Shown: positions 36,670-47,204, counted from the stretch's first letter. The stretch: 47,204 bases of DNA from Flavisolibacter sp. (GCA_017745135.1 JAGIAB010000001.1:1-47204), one strand, 5' to 3'. The notes: generated from the sequence alone by a model not told the origin. Program-made: numbers and translations.

Positions 36670-38856
36670 TTGCCTTTGGCTCCAGCAATAACAAAATCTG
36701 GTTTAAATAAAACAATCACCAAACCTGTTTTAACAGGAGTATTACTCCTGTGCTCCATTGTGTTGACAATAGTAGGATGGTACGTTTCGCGTAACCATCT
36801 CCGGGAAAAAACAAGGGACCGGTTTGAATACAGGATTAGCAATATTGAGTCGGCCATCGAGGAAAGAATGTCGGCCTATGAACAGGTATTAAGAAGCACA
36901 GTGGGTTTTTTTAATGCTTCTGATACGGTTACACGTGCAGACTGGAACCGCTATGTTCAAACCCTCCGGCTGCAGCAATTTTATCCCGGTATCCAGGGCC
37001 TTGGTTTTACCGTCAGGTTATTTCCGAACGAGGTTGAAGGTTTTACTAAAAAGATCAGGGCGGAAGGTTTCCCCCAATTTACCGTGTGGCCCGGTGAGCT
37101 AAGAAACGAATACCACCCCATTGTTTATTTAGAACCTTTTGAAGGAAGAAACCTCAGGGCTTTCGGATACGACATGTTTACCGAGCAAAACCGGAAAGAA
37201 GCCATGCAACGTGCCATGGATACGGGCGAACCTGCACTGTCACCAATGGTTATACTGGTACAGGAAAACGGCAAGGACGTGCAGAAAGGCTGCTTGCTTT
37301 ATTTGCCGGTTTACAACAACAACATAAGCTTGGCTACAGTGCATGAACGCCGGACTGCTCTTAAGGGTTTTGTTTACAGCCCTTTCCGGATCAATGACCT
37401 GATGCACGGGATCCTCGGTTCTGTAAGTCCCGACGTTGAGTTTGAAATATACGATGGGAAAAACAGCGATGTTGCCCACCTGTTTTATGCAAGTCATGGT
37501 TACAAAGGTGGACAAAGCAAAACGGGTTTGTCCTCATCCCGGGACTTAAAAGTTGCCGGTCATGACTGGACCCTGGTATTTACGGCCGGTCCCAGGCTTG
37601 TTTCTTTATACGAAGCCAATCAGCCAACCATCATTGCCATTGCAGGTATTTTAGTGAACCTGCTATTATTGTTTATCCTGGTAAGGCTTAATTCTCTCAG
37701 CACCCGCAACAGGCAACTGGCAGAACGGTACAAAGCTGAGAAAGACCGCTATGAAATTGTTTCACAAAGTACCAATGACATTATCTGGGAATGGGACATT
37801 CTTAACAACACAGTACACTGTAATAAAAACTATGAAACGGTTCTTGGATATCAGCTCACCGGCTCACCGCTTAGCTATGAAACATGGATCAGTCATATAC
37901 ACCCCGATGACCGGGAACGGATCATAAAAAAGATGAACTCTTTCCCCCATTCCGGCAATAAGTTTTGGTCGGATGAATACAGGCTGGTTAAGCTTGACGG
38001 ATCCTCAATTCATATTCTCGACAGAGGCCGGCTGCTGTATGATGCCATGAAAGAACCTGTAAGAATGGTGGGCTCCATGATCAACATCACAGAACGTAAA
38101 CAGTCCGAAGAAACACAAAGACGCTTTAATGAGCAACTGGAGAAAACGGTGCAGGAACGCACGATGGAGTTGCAGCGATCTAACGAAGATCTTGAACGTT
38201 TTGCCCATGTGGCCAGCCACGATTTGAAAGAGCCGGTACGAAAGATCCTCACCTTTATAGATGTGATAAAAATGAATCATCAGGCCTCACTGGGTCGGGA
38301 TGCGGTGTTGTTGGACAGACTGGCAAAATCCGCCTCAAGGCTGAATCAATTGATTGAGAGCATACTGGCGTATTCAAAAGTCAATTACGAGCCCCAGCAG
38401 GCCCAATCCATCAACCTGAATGCGGTGGTTCAGGATGTAAAAGATGAACTTGAATTAATCATTTCTGAAAAACGGGCACAAATTGTTGCCGGGCCCCTGC
38501 CCGTCATAGAAGGCAGTTTTGTACTGCTGCACCAGTTGTTCTACAATCTGCTGAATAATGCTCTTAAATTCTCAAAAGCAGGAGTGCAGCCGATCATTAC
38601 AATTCAATCGCGAACCTTGCCGGCAGGCGGTGATGAAATGGTGGAAATAAAAGTGGAGGATAATGGTATTGGATTTAGTCAGGAGTATGCAGACAGCATT
38701 TTCCAAAGCTTTGTCCGCCTGCACTCAAAAGACCGCTTCGAAGGTACCGGGCTGGGATTAGCATTATGTAAACGGATTGCAGAAAGACATGCTGGTACTA
38801 TAGATGCCATCGGCTCACTGGGGGAAGGCGCCTGTTTTATTATTGTATCTGCCTAA
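36670..38856 (+). CDS. CHASE-PAS sensor histidine kinase
   Basis: CHASE (YLEP..GRNLRAFGYDM), PAS (IHPDDR), FAHVASHDLKEP, GTGLGL; start uncertain. Confidence 0.94.
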   Translation: MPLAPAITKSGLNKTITKPVLTGVLLLCSIVLTIVGWYVSRNHLREKTRDRFEYRISNIESAIEERMSAYEQVLRSTVGFFNASDTVTRADWNRYVQTLRLQQFYPGIQGLGFTVRLFPNEVEGFTKKIRAEGFPQFTVWPGELRNEYHPIVYLEPFEGRNLRAFGYDMFTEQNRKEAMQRAMDTGEPALSPMVILVQENGKDVQKGCLLYLPVYNNNISLATVHERRTALKGFVYSPFRINDLMHGILGSVSPDVEFEIYDGKNSDVAHLFYASHGYKGGQSKTGLSSSRDLKVAGHDWTLVFTAGPRLVSLYEANQPTIIAIAGILVNLLLLFILVRLNSLSTRNRQLAERYKAEKDRYEIVSQSTNDIIWEWDILNNTVHCNKNYETVLGYQLTGSPLSYETWISHIHPDDRERIIKKMNSFPHSGNKFWSDEYRLVKLDGSSIHILDRGRLLYDAMKEPVRMVGSMINITERKQSEETQRRFNEQLEKTVQERTMELQRSNEDLERFAHVASHDLKEPVRKILTFIDVIKMNHQASLGRDAVLLDRLAKSASRLNQLIESILAYSKVNYEPQQAQSINLNAVVQDVKDELELIISEKRAQIVAGPLPVIEGSFVLLHQLFYNLLNNALKFSKAGVQPIITIQSRTLPAGGDEMVEIKVEDNGIGFSQEYADSIFQSFVRLHSKDRFEGTGLGLALCKRIAERHAGTIDAIGSLGEGACFIIVSA

Positions 38857-38887
38857 TCTTTGCGGCCTAAAACAGATTCGATCTCTT

Positions 38888-39718
38888 ATGGCAAAAAATA
38901 TTCAGTTAGACGTTTATCATGGTAAAGAAGCATCCGTAAATGCATACATGTTTTCGGACGACCAAAGTGTGATTCTGGTTGATTGTTTGCGTAACAGCGA
39001 AGAAGCGGGCCATCTTGCCGATCGCATAAAGAGCCAGAAAAAACCGTTGACGCACATTTTGATTACACACGGACATCCTGACCACTTTCTTGGTATGAAT
39101 GTGTTGAAACAACAATTTCCGGAGACAAGGATCGTGGTAACAAAACCCGAAATTAAAAATGACATTACCGGCTTTGCCGTCTGGATGGAAGGCGTTGGCT
39201 GGCTGGAGGCCGAACCGGCAATGAAGCCCAAAACGGCAGCCAATGAAAAAGGCTTCGATTATGAAGCCCATATTGAAGTTTTAAATGCCGGCACCTTGGC
39301 CCTGGCCGAAGGTGCAGTACTGGAGCTGAACAGCGACTATGCAGCTTCTGAATGCGAGCATCTGACCACCATTTACAGCAAAGATCTCAATGCTTTTTTC
39401 CCAAACGATTTTTGCTATTACGGTGTGCACCCCTGGCTTGCGGTGGATAAGAACAATATTGACTATTGGAAAACGCAGTTAAAAGAATTTAAAAAGCAAT
39501 GCGAAGTGCAAAACCCTAAAATATATCCTGGTCATGGACAACCGGGTGATGTTTCGGTGTTTGATGAAGTGCTCAACTATATTGAGAACTTTGAAGCCAC
39601 CATTACCGCTTCGAAGACGAGAGCAGAGGCAATGGATACCATGAAAAGGCTTTATCCAAACCATCAGCAGGCGGATTTTTTACTGTTTCATTCGGTAAAT
39701 GCGTTCATACCGGAGTAA
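38888..39718 (+). CDS. MBL-fold metallo-hydrolase
   Basis: THGHPDH, D, PGHG; probable start MAKNIQ. Confidence 0.9.
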   Translation: MAKNIQLDVYHGKEASVNAYMFSDDQSVILVDCLRNSEEAGHLADRIKSQKKPLTHILITHGHPDHFLGMNVLKQQFPETRIVVTKPEIKNDITGFAVWMEGVGWLEAEPAMKPKTAANEKGFDYEAHIEVLNAGTLALAEGAVLELNSDYAASECEHLTTIYSKDLNAFFPNDFCYYGVHPWLAVDKNNIDYWKTQLKEFKKQCEVQNPKIYPGHGQPGDVSVFDEVLNYIENFEATITASKTRAEAMDTMKRLYPNHQQADFLLFHSVNAFIPE

Positions 39719-39825
39719 GAAAGTGGGAGTAACTATATACATGCTGGGACAAAATGATTGGGACCAGAAAAAGAAGTGTAATTGCAGCCACTTTGTGTTC
39801 AATAAACAGCAACGATTTCAACCAA

Positions 39826-39863
39826 AAAAGAGGACGTTTAGAAAATTCTAAACGTCCTCTTTT
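39826..39863. terminator. Bidirectional intrinsic terminator
   Basis: aaaagaggacgtttagaa / ttctaaacgtcctctttt. Confidence 0.9.
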
Positions 39864-39890
39864 AAAAGAAAACCGAAGATCAATCCTTTC

Positions 39891-40856
39891 TTAAAATAGA
39901 GCAGTCACGGATACTTCCAGCGATTTCCTGTTGGCTGCTCCCTGGCGGATGCTTCCACTGGCAACATCATACGAGAGGCCGCCACTCCAGGTTTTTGTTT
40001 CAATACCCAGGTAAGGAATAATGGCACTGTTCAAACGGTAATAGCTCCCGAGGTTCAGCCTCAGGTTGCCTGTTTCCATTTGAAGGTTTTTGCTGAAATA
40101 AGCACCGAACAAATATTCATCCCACTTCCCCTGGAAATTGGTAACCGCGTTCACATGAATGCGATCATTATCGGCAACACTGAAATAAGTGCCTGCATTG
40201 AAAGTATATCGTGCAGGCAGTTCACTTTCCTCGCCCCAGAATTCATCTTTTGGTTTACCGGCATGATAGATTGCCGCACCCAGGTTGAACCCGCTTTTTT
40301 CATTTGAAAGCGCATAGGCAATTCCTGCATTCACATCCAGGTAAGAAGAGGCTGCACTCCGGTAAGCATCAGCACTTGGCATTCCGCCTCCAAAGCCTCC
40401 GCTGGTAAACTGGTCTTCAAACGTAAGTTTGTTCAGGTCAAGTCGGCGGGTAGCCCACACACCCTGCAAGCCTGCCGACAAACGGGAGGTCCCGCTAACA
40501 TTCAGGGCTTTACCATAGGCCGTGGAAAATCCAATGTAATTGCTTTTTAAAGCGCCACCGTTTGATTGGTCGGTAAGCGCAAATACACCGATACCGAGGC
40601 GATCATTTTCATCAATAAAACTTCCTTTTACTCTTTTTTCCACTATAAAAGCGCCGGTGGTAAAGGTTTGTCCGGCACTGTAAGAGGTATTTCTAAACGC
40701 CCCGGTGGTGCGCCATTCCTTTTCAAACCCGCCTGTATTGGCCGGATTTAAAAGCAGCGGCATTGAATTGATTTGAGAAAAGCTGGCATCCTGTGCTATT
40801 GCTGTTGCAGCCGTTGCCAGGCTCAATAAAGCAGTTATAATTCGTTTGTTTTTCAT
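39891..40856 (-). CDS. PorP/SprF-family T9SS membrane protein
   Basis: AQDASFSQ…PLLLNPANTG…FEDQ…GLSYD…SLEVS. Confidence 0.93.
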   Translation of the reverse strand: MKNKRIITALLSLATAATAIAQDASFSQINSMPLLLNPANTGGFEKEWRTTGAFRNTSYSAGQTFTTGAFIVEKRVKGSFIDENDRLGIGVFALTDQSNGGALKSNYIGFSTAYGKALNVSGTSRLSAGLQGVWATRRLDLNKLTFEDQFTSGGFGGGMPSADAYRSAASSYLDVNAGIAYALSNEKSGFNLGAAIYHAGKPKDEFWGEESELPARYTFNAGTYFSVADNDRIHVNAVTNFQGKWDEYLFGAYFSKNLQMETGNLRLNLGSYYRLNSAIIPYLGIETKTWSGGLSYDVASGSIRQGAANRKSLEVSVTALF

Positions 40857-40865
40857 ACTTGTTGA

Positions 40866-43727
40866 TTATCGGATTAATGTTACGCTACCTGATTTTTTGA
40901 TGATGCTTCCATCATTTCCAACAGCTTCGCAATACCATAAATAGGTTTCGCTGCGTTGTTTTTCACCTCTCCAGGTGCCGTCCCAGCCAATAGAAGGATC
41001 ATTGGTTTGGAACACCAGGTTACCCCAGCGGTTATACACACGGAAATTCTTTAACTGGCGTGCCTGTACCATGATCACTTTCAGGTAATCATTATGGCCA
41101 TCGCCATCGGGTGTAAAGGCAGAAGGAATAAAGACATCTTCCTTTTTAAAGAGGCGAACCAAAACGCTGTCTGTTGTGGTACAACCGGAAGCGAAATCCA
41201 TCTTCACATAAACGGTCTTCTCATTTTGAACCGTAATCTGCGGCGCTTTTACAGTACTGTTGAACGATCCGTCAGCAGTAAACCATTTATAGCTTGCAGA
41301 AAAATCGCGGGGCTGTAATTGAATGCTTCGTCCGCTGATAGCATCAATTGTAGCAAGACGGGCACCAGGTATGGCTTTGTCCACTACGATGATCTTGCTT
41401 GCTGTGTCAGCTAAAGACGGGCAGGCCACAGATCTTGCGATCAATTGCACGGTATAGGTTCCGGCGGTTGTATAGGTATGCGTAGCATCGCTAATGCTGC
41501 TGCCTGAACCATCGCCAAAGTTCCAGGTATAATTTACCGGCCCGGCTCCCACTGCTGTTGACTGGTTGGTAAATACAACAGGCAGGTTTTCGCAATGCTT
41601 CTGGAAGTCAAATGCGGCAACTGGTTTTACCACGGTCAATTTTGCTGCAGCACTTGCAAGGGTTTGCGAACAGGTACCCGTAACGGCTACACGGTATTGT
41701 GTTCCATTTTGCCCACTGCCGGCATTTGCTACCGTATAACTGGCGCCGTTAGCACCGGGGATAGTCGTCCAGGTATTTCCATCGTCCGTGCTCTTTTCCC
41801 ATTGATAGGAAAGACTGCTGCCAGTAGCCGTAACATTAAACGTTACATCATAACCAGCACATACCGACTTATCTACAGGTTGAACAGAAATGGAAGGAGG
41901 TGTATTTACGGTAAGCACTGCTGTTTCACTTACTGCCGGTGCGCCACACTGGCCCGTTACCACTGCACGGTATACGTAACCATTCATTGCAGCCGTGGTA
42001 TTGACAGAATACAGGGCTTCAGTAGCGCCATTAATATTGCTAAAGCTGATGCCGTTGTTGGTACTTACCTGCCATTGATAATCAAGACCGTTATTATTAG
42101 CCGCAATAGTAAAATCAACATTGCTGCCTGCACAAACAACCTTGCTTTGGGGTTGACTTGTGATGGCTGCCACTGCATTCACCGTTAGAACTACCGCATT
42201 GCTGGTAACGGCAGGTGCGCAGGTACCGCTTACCACTGCACGGAACCGGTGATTGTTCATGGCATAGCTAACATTTGAAAGATTGAGTGTAGCCTTTGTT
42301 TGTCCCTGGAGCGCTGTCCAGGTAGCACCATCATCACTGCTTTCTTCCCATTGGAAGCTGATGGCTGTTCCTGTTGCATTGGTATAGAAGGCTGCGTTAC
42401 TTCCCTGGCAAACGGTTACAGGTGCCGGTTGTGCTGTTATTGACGGAAGGCTGTTAACGGTAAGTGTTACCGTGCTGGTAGTTACATCCGGACCGCATCC
42501 GCCGCTTACCACCAAACGGTATTGAGATCCATTCATGGTAACAAGGGTATTGGAAAGTGTAAGGGATGTTGAGGTAGCACCATTGACATTAACGAAAGAC
42601 GTACCCCCATCTGTACTTACCTGCCATTGGTAAGAAAGGTTAATACCGGTAACGGTTGCGTCAAAGGTTACCGCACCGCCTGTACAAGTGGTTTGGCTTT
42701 GCGGCTGCGCAACAATAATGGCTTTATCTGCTACGGTTAATACAGCGGCATTTGATGTTTCAACAGAACAGGTTCCTGTTACCACTGCACGATATTGGTA
42801 GCCATTGCTGTTAATTGACAGGTTGTTTAAGTTAAGAACTGAGCTGGTTGCAAAAGGCAGGTTTGAAAACGAAGTCCCTCCATCGGTGCTTACCTGCCAT
42901 TGATAGCTAAGATTAGTACCGGTAGCTGCTACAGAAAAACTGGCGTTCGTGCCAAAGCAAGCTTCTACATCTGCCGGCTGAGTAGTAATCGCTACGGAAT
43001 GTCCCGGCGCCAGGACCACCTGGTTTGAAGTGACGCTGCTGGGATTACCACAGTTATCAGTAGCCGATACCACGCATTGAAACACGTCGTTGGTCATGGA
43101 CTCATCTACCAGTGAAATTGTCAGTGTTGAAGTAGTTGACCCGCTGTACACACCATTGTCGGTAATGTTGGTAAAACCCGAACCGGTACTGATCTGCCAC
43201 TGGTAAACCAGGTTGTTACCGGTTACCTCTACATGCAGGTTGCTGGACTGTCCAACACAGGCAACACCGTTAGCGAAGGCTGGCTGCAACGTAATTTGTG
43301 CAGCACCCAATGTCATGGTGTTGGTGAGGTTACATAATGGTGTTTCGGGCGAATTGGAGGTGCAGTTAAATGTATGCGCCACACAGGAATTAAAATTCGG
43401 CACCGTCACCCATTGATAGTAGTCGGAACTACTGTAATTATAGGGGCAGGCACTGATCTGGAGCGTACCCTCAGGCAGTGCAGTGGCACTGAACACACCC
43501 TGGAAAGGATAGGTAACACCGTCAATTATAAATCCACCACTGGGTAATTCACTCATACCATGATAGGTGCGGGCATAAAAAGTAGCGCTTCCATCGGCGT
43601 TCAGTTTTGCCCGCAGCTCAATGGTATGTGCATACGCTAAAGCAGAAAGACAACAGAAGATCAAAGGCAGTGCTATTTTGGAAAGCAGAAACCTTTGAAG
43701 TTTTGTTTTTGGTAATTGTAAATGCAT
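40866..43727 (-). CDS. T9SS type-B cargo (gliding-motility-associated C-terminal domain) with Ig-like repeats and PKD
   Basis: Repeated YQWQ.S.DGG; WNFGDG; IPSAFTPDGDGHND…YNRWG…WDGT…GSVTLIR. Confidence 0.95.
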   Translation of the reverse strand: MHLQLPKTKLQRFLLSKIALPLIFCCLSALAYAHTIELRAKLNADGSATFYARTYHGMSELPSGGFIIDGVTYPFQGVFSATALPEGTLQISACPYNYSSSDYYQWVTVPNFNSCVAHTFNCTSNSPETPLCNLTNTMTLGAAQITLQPAFANGVACVGQSSNLHVEVTGNNLVYQWQISTGSGFTNITDNGVYSGSTTSTLTISLVDESMTNDVFQCVVSATDNCGNPSSVTSNQVVLAPGHSVAITTQPADVEACFGTNASFSVAATGTNLSYQWQVSTDGGTSFSNLPFATSSVLNLNNLSINSNGYQYRAVVTGTCSVETSNAAVLTVADKAIIVAQPQSQTTCTGGAVTFDATVTGINLSYQWQVSTDGGTSFVNVNGATSTSLTLSNTLVTMNGSQYRLVVSGGCGPDVTTSTVTLTVNSLPSITAQPAPVTVCQGSNAAFYTNATGTAISFQWEESSDDGATWTALQGQTKATLNLSNVSYAMNNHRFRAVVSGTCAPAVTSNAVVLTVNAVAAITSQPQSKVVCAGSNVDFTIAANNNGLDYQWQVSTNNGISFSNINGATEALYSVNTTAAMNGYVYRAVVTGQCGAPAVSETAVLTVNTPPSISVQPVDKSVCAGYDVTFNVTATGSSLSYQWEKSTDDGNTWTTIPGANGASYTVANAGSGQNGTQYRVAVTGTCSQTLASAAAKLTVVKPVAAFDFQKHCENLPVVFTNQSTAVGAGPVNYTWNFGDGSGSSISDATHTYTTAGTYTVQLIARSVACPSLADTASKIIVVDKAIPGARLATIDAISGRSIQLQPRDFSASYKWFTADGSFNSTVKAPQITVQNEKTVYVKMDFASGCTTTDSVLVRLFKKEDVFIPSAFTPDGDGHNDYLKVIMVQARQLKNFRVYNRWGNLVFQTNDPSIGWDGTWRGEKQRSETYLWYCEAVGNDGSIIKKSGSVTLIR

Positions 43728-44228
43728 AAAGATTCTATTCTCTTAAGTTTTAAAAGTTGTAACAGCCGGTGAGGGCCGTTAATAGGTAATGAAAAGGGGT
43801 TGATTAATTACATAGTGACTCCATGTGCGAGGCAGGTGGTGACATAGTTTTGGCTTTTAAGGTTTGGATTAGGAAGTATAATTAAGGGGGAAACTATCCG
43901 GGATAAAAGCGTTTGGTCAACAGCTGTTAAACGCCAATAATTCAGGTCGCAAATGAACAGTATTCAACTCCAGTTGTCAAAAAAGGACGTTTCTATCTTG
44001 AAAGAAGCAGGGTAACTCCTTAGTGCAGAATAAAAAATCCAATACGAAACCTAAGTAAGTAACTATTAAGGTTAAAGGAGAATACGATAAGTGAAGCAAT
44101 CACTAAGGCAGTTATCGGTCTTCCCGCCAACGTTGGTTTTATTGGCAATCATTCTAGTTGGCGCGGACGACAATCAAGGGCTTTAAGCCACCGCAGACTG
44201 CACAGCAGAGGCTAATGAACATTAAGCA

Positions 44229-45374
44229 CTAATGAATAACAATCCCTGCTTTCTTCTTTGTTTCAATCACGGTATAAAATGCAGGTTTGGGATGATATTG
44301 CCGATCAAAGAGCAGGGGATAATTCGTTCTTCCGCGAATAGGAAAATCGTTCAGCCATGATTGCCCGTCATTTACACCCCAAAATGTTACCCGGCTGATG
44401 TTGTCTTTATACTTCAGAAAAAGAAGGAACAACCGAGCATAGACAGTAGCCAGTTTTTGCTGTACAGAATCGGGAAGACCCTTTGTGTATGGGTTCATTT
44501 GCGCTTCGTATTGTGCTGTTTGACTGATGTCTGCCGAGGCTATACGACCCCAGGGATTGGGCAGAACACTAAGATCCAGTTCAGTAAACGCTACCTGTAG
44601 ACCCAGCGCAGAAAATTCCTGAATGCTTTGCTCTATATAGTTTAATGGTACGTCATCCACATGCCAGTGCCCCTGGATGCCGACACCATCAATACGAACA
44701 CCGGCGGCCTGTATTTTCTTAACAATCTCAATAGCGCCTGCTCTTTTCCTGGGTTGTTCAATGTTGTAATCGTTGTAGTACAATTGAGTATTGGGAGCCG
44801 CTTTTTGTGCCAAACGAAACGCTTCTACCACATAGCCGCTTCCCAGTTTTTGCAAAAACACGGTATTTCGTAAACTGCCATCTTCATTCAGCGCCTCGTT
44901 CACCACTTCCCATGAATGCGTTTTGCCATCGTACCGGCCGGCAACAGTAGCAATGTGGTCTTCAAAATAGCGTCGTACAGAATCCGCATCATTTAGTTTA
45001 CTGACAAAAGGAGGTAGCTGGCTATGCCAGATCAATGGAGTAGCCGTTAGTTCCATCCCATATTTTTTTGAATAATCAACCAGTTTATCGGCAAAATCAA
45101 AATTGTACTCCTCCCATTGCGGATGAATGATTTCTGCTTTCATCACATTTTCAGGGGTCACTGCGTTAAACTGTTGCCGAACCAGCACCGCAGCGCTGCT
45201 GTCCTTTTCTTCGATTTGCTCCGCACTCAAGGCAGTGCCGATTAGAAAATCGTTTTTGAAGATTTCCTTAAGCGAGGGAAGTCTTGATGCAGGAGGCCTG
45301 CTGCTTTTGGTATTGTAACAACTTATGAATAAGACACCTGCAATTGTTAGTTTATATACAATCCCTTTTTTCAT
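44229..45374 (-). CDS. GH10 endo-1,4-beta-xylanase
   Basis: TPENVMK, WEVVNEA, YNDYN, GIQGH, TELD, RVTFWG; the GHT motif is aberrant. Confidence 0.94.
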   Translation of the reverse strand: MKKGIVYKLTIAGVLFISCYNTKSSRPPASRLPSLKEIFKNDFLIGTALSAEQIEEKDSSAAVLVRQQFNAVTPENVMKAEIIHPQWEEYNFDFADKLVDYSKKYGMELTATPLIWHSQLPPFVSKLNDADSVRRYFEDHIATVAGRYDGKTHSWEVVNEALNEDGSLRNTVFLQKLGSGYVVEAFRLAQKAAPNTQLYYNDYNIEQPRKRAGAIEIVKKIQAAGVRIDGVGIQGHWHVDDVPLNYIEQSIQEFSALGLQVAFTELDLSVLPNPWGRIASADISQTAQYEAQMNPYTKGLPDSVQQKLATVYARLFLLFLKYKDNISRVTFWGVNDGQSWLNDFPIRGRTNYPLLFDRQYHPKPAFYTVIETKKKAGIVIH

Positions 45375-45660
45375 TAGCTTTTTGTTTCGGTTAATCGTTC
45401 AGTCTTCCTTGTCAGTGGATCTCCCAGCGCATCTGGCATTAAGAAACTTTGATGCGGACTCCTTCGCAGGAAAGATAAAGGTAGACGTACAAATAATCTG
45501 CTGCTCATGTTGGTGCCTGCCAACGTTGATTCCGAGATATCTGCTACTGCAGGCCGGATACTTTTGGTAGTACGTTAGCAAACTAACGATAGCAAAAAGT
45601 ACTTGTTTTCATTCACTGAAAAATTTTTGAGTTTTTATCCTGCAGCTATGCAAAACAACA

Positions 45661-46582
45661 CTACCAGTTTACTGTTATGCGCTGCCCCTTCCTGAGTGCA
45701 ATTGTTTTTTGTTTATTACCGTGGACCAGGGTTGTCCTTCCATTGCTTCTTGCATACACGGTTGTTTTGGCAATCGTTTTATTTTTCCATTCAAATGACA
45801 ATTCAAAACCGCCCCTGGCACAGATTCCCTTTACACTTCCATTTTCCCAGACATCGGGCAATGCCGGCAATAAGTAAATTTTGTCGCCGGTTGATTGCAT
45901 CAGCATTTCTATAACCGCTGCAGCCCCGCCGAAATTGCCATCAATTTGAAAGGGTGGATGGGCATCAAAGAGATTGGGATAGGTGCCACCGCCGCCGGCA
46001 TAATTGGTGTTTAACCCGCCTGGGTCTACATAGCGAAGCAATTCCCTGTACATTTTATAAGCCCGGTTGCCCTCCCAAAGCCTTGCCCATAAATTGATCC
46101 GCCATCCTTTTGACCAACCCGTGGTTTCATCGCCTTTTATTTCGAGTGTTGTGCGGCTGGCTTGCGCCAGTTCAGGGGTAGTAGGTGGATAAATTTGGTG
46201 ACCGGGATACAAACCAAACAGGTGGGACTGATGCCTGTGTTTGGGATCGGCATCTCTCCAGTCGTAATACCATTCCTGCAAATGCCCACCCTTTCCTATT
46301 TGATAGGGATGCAACTTTTGGTGAGCCTCGGTGGCTTTTTTTACAAAATCATCATTGATGCCTAATACCGTTGATGCATCGATAAAATCCCGGAGCAGTT
46401 CCCTGATCATTGCCAGATCGGCAGTAGCACCATAGAGCGTAGCACCTCTGTATCCGTTTGGTGTGATGTACAAATTTTCGGGAGAAGTGGATGGCGAGGT
46501 AATCCAGTTGCCCTGGCTGTCCTGCACCATCCACGCCAGACAAAATTGTGCAGCGCCTTTCATGAGTGGATAAGCTTTTGTT
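45661..46582 (-). pseudogene. GH95 alpha-L-fucosidase, C-terminal fragment
   Basis: AYPLMKGAA, PSTSPEN, HRHQSHL, TGWS, HPPFQIDGNFG, LLPALP; homology stops at about 46582. Confidence 0.88.
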
Positions 46583-47204
46583 TTTGTATCTCTTGCTACC
46601 AGCTTTAACGGTTTTAATAAAAACCCCTCAACAGAAGGCGCCGACAACAAGGCCCTGGCTATGCAGCAATTGAAGGCTGCCTCGCAAAAGCCGTACGAAG
46701 TCTTGAAAAGGGCTCACCTTGCCGATTATCAATCTTTTTTTGGCAGAGTATCCTTACATCTTGGAGCAACAACGGCCCCAGATCTTCCTACCAATGAACG
46801 GTTGATCCGTTATGCAAAAGGGCTGGAAGACAAGAACCTCGAGATCCTGTATTTTCAATATGGCCGTTACCTGCTTATATCAAGTTCACGCACAGCAGGA
46901 GTGCCTGCCAATTTGCAGGGCATCTGGAATCCATACATTCGTCCGCCCTGGAGCAGCAACTACACACTAAACATCAACCTTGAAGAGAACTACTGGCTGG
47001 CAGAACCTGCTAATCTTTCTGAACTGCACCGCCCCCTGTTAAGCTTTATTGAAAACCTTGCTTCAACCGGCAGCATTACGGCCAAAACATTTTACGGTAT
47101 GGAGGGATGGGCAGCCGGCCACAACTCGGATATCTGGGCTATGAGCAACCCTGTCGGTGATTTTGGAAAAGGCGATCCTGCGTGGGCCAACTGGAACATG
47201 GGTG
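46583..47204 (+). pseudogene. GH95 alpha-L-fucosidase, central fragment in inverted orientation (open to window end)
   Basis: Frame +2 reads FVSLATSFNG…YFQYGRYLLISSSR…PANLQGIWN…WSSNYTLNINLEENYW…HNSDIW…WANWNMG; no start codon. Confidence 0.9.

Noticed and set aside
45399-45612. Frameshifted signal-peptide remnant (MK-QVLFAIVSLLT) / 60-aa ORF
   Set aside because: The hydrophobic stretch coincides with a copy of the short hairpin repeat (45572-45593), so a gene call is unsupported.
46583-46650. N-terminus MLSAPSVEGF… of the 329-aa ORF as a real start
   Set aside because: It is the antisense reading of the inverted GH95 segment.

Overview
A 47-kb chromosomal window from a Bacteroidota bacterium, probably Chitinophagaceae (inferred from SusC/SusD, T9SS cargo plus PorP/SprF, and TAnnTTTG promoter boxes). 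The first ~10 kb is an accessory locus. It holds an atypical SusC/SusD pair, a small secreted two-Cys protein, a MauE/DoxX protein and a stand-alone AraC domain. It also holds a four-gene operon (CPxxC-tailed protein, multi-pass membrane protein, sensor-less HisKA_3 kinase, NarL-type regulator) that shares an operator-like motif with the AraC gene, and an orphan holin/endolysin-like cassette with no other phage genes. Several palindromic repeat families and a duplicated ~530-nt structured non-coding element are interspersed. Next come a LytS/LytTR pair, a DUF559 nuclease gene inside a repeat element whose empty derivative lies 1.2 kb away, katG, outer-membrane proteins, a small Crp regulon and a 2370-aa T9SS adhesin with an OmpA partner. 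The rest includes two GH10 xylanases, a type-B T9SS cargo/PorP pair and a GH95 gene broken by an inversion at the right edge. No rRNA, tRNA, CRISPR array, integrase or transposase was recognised. All family calls come from motif recognition by eye, not database searches.
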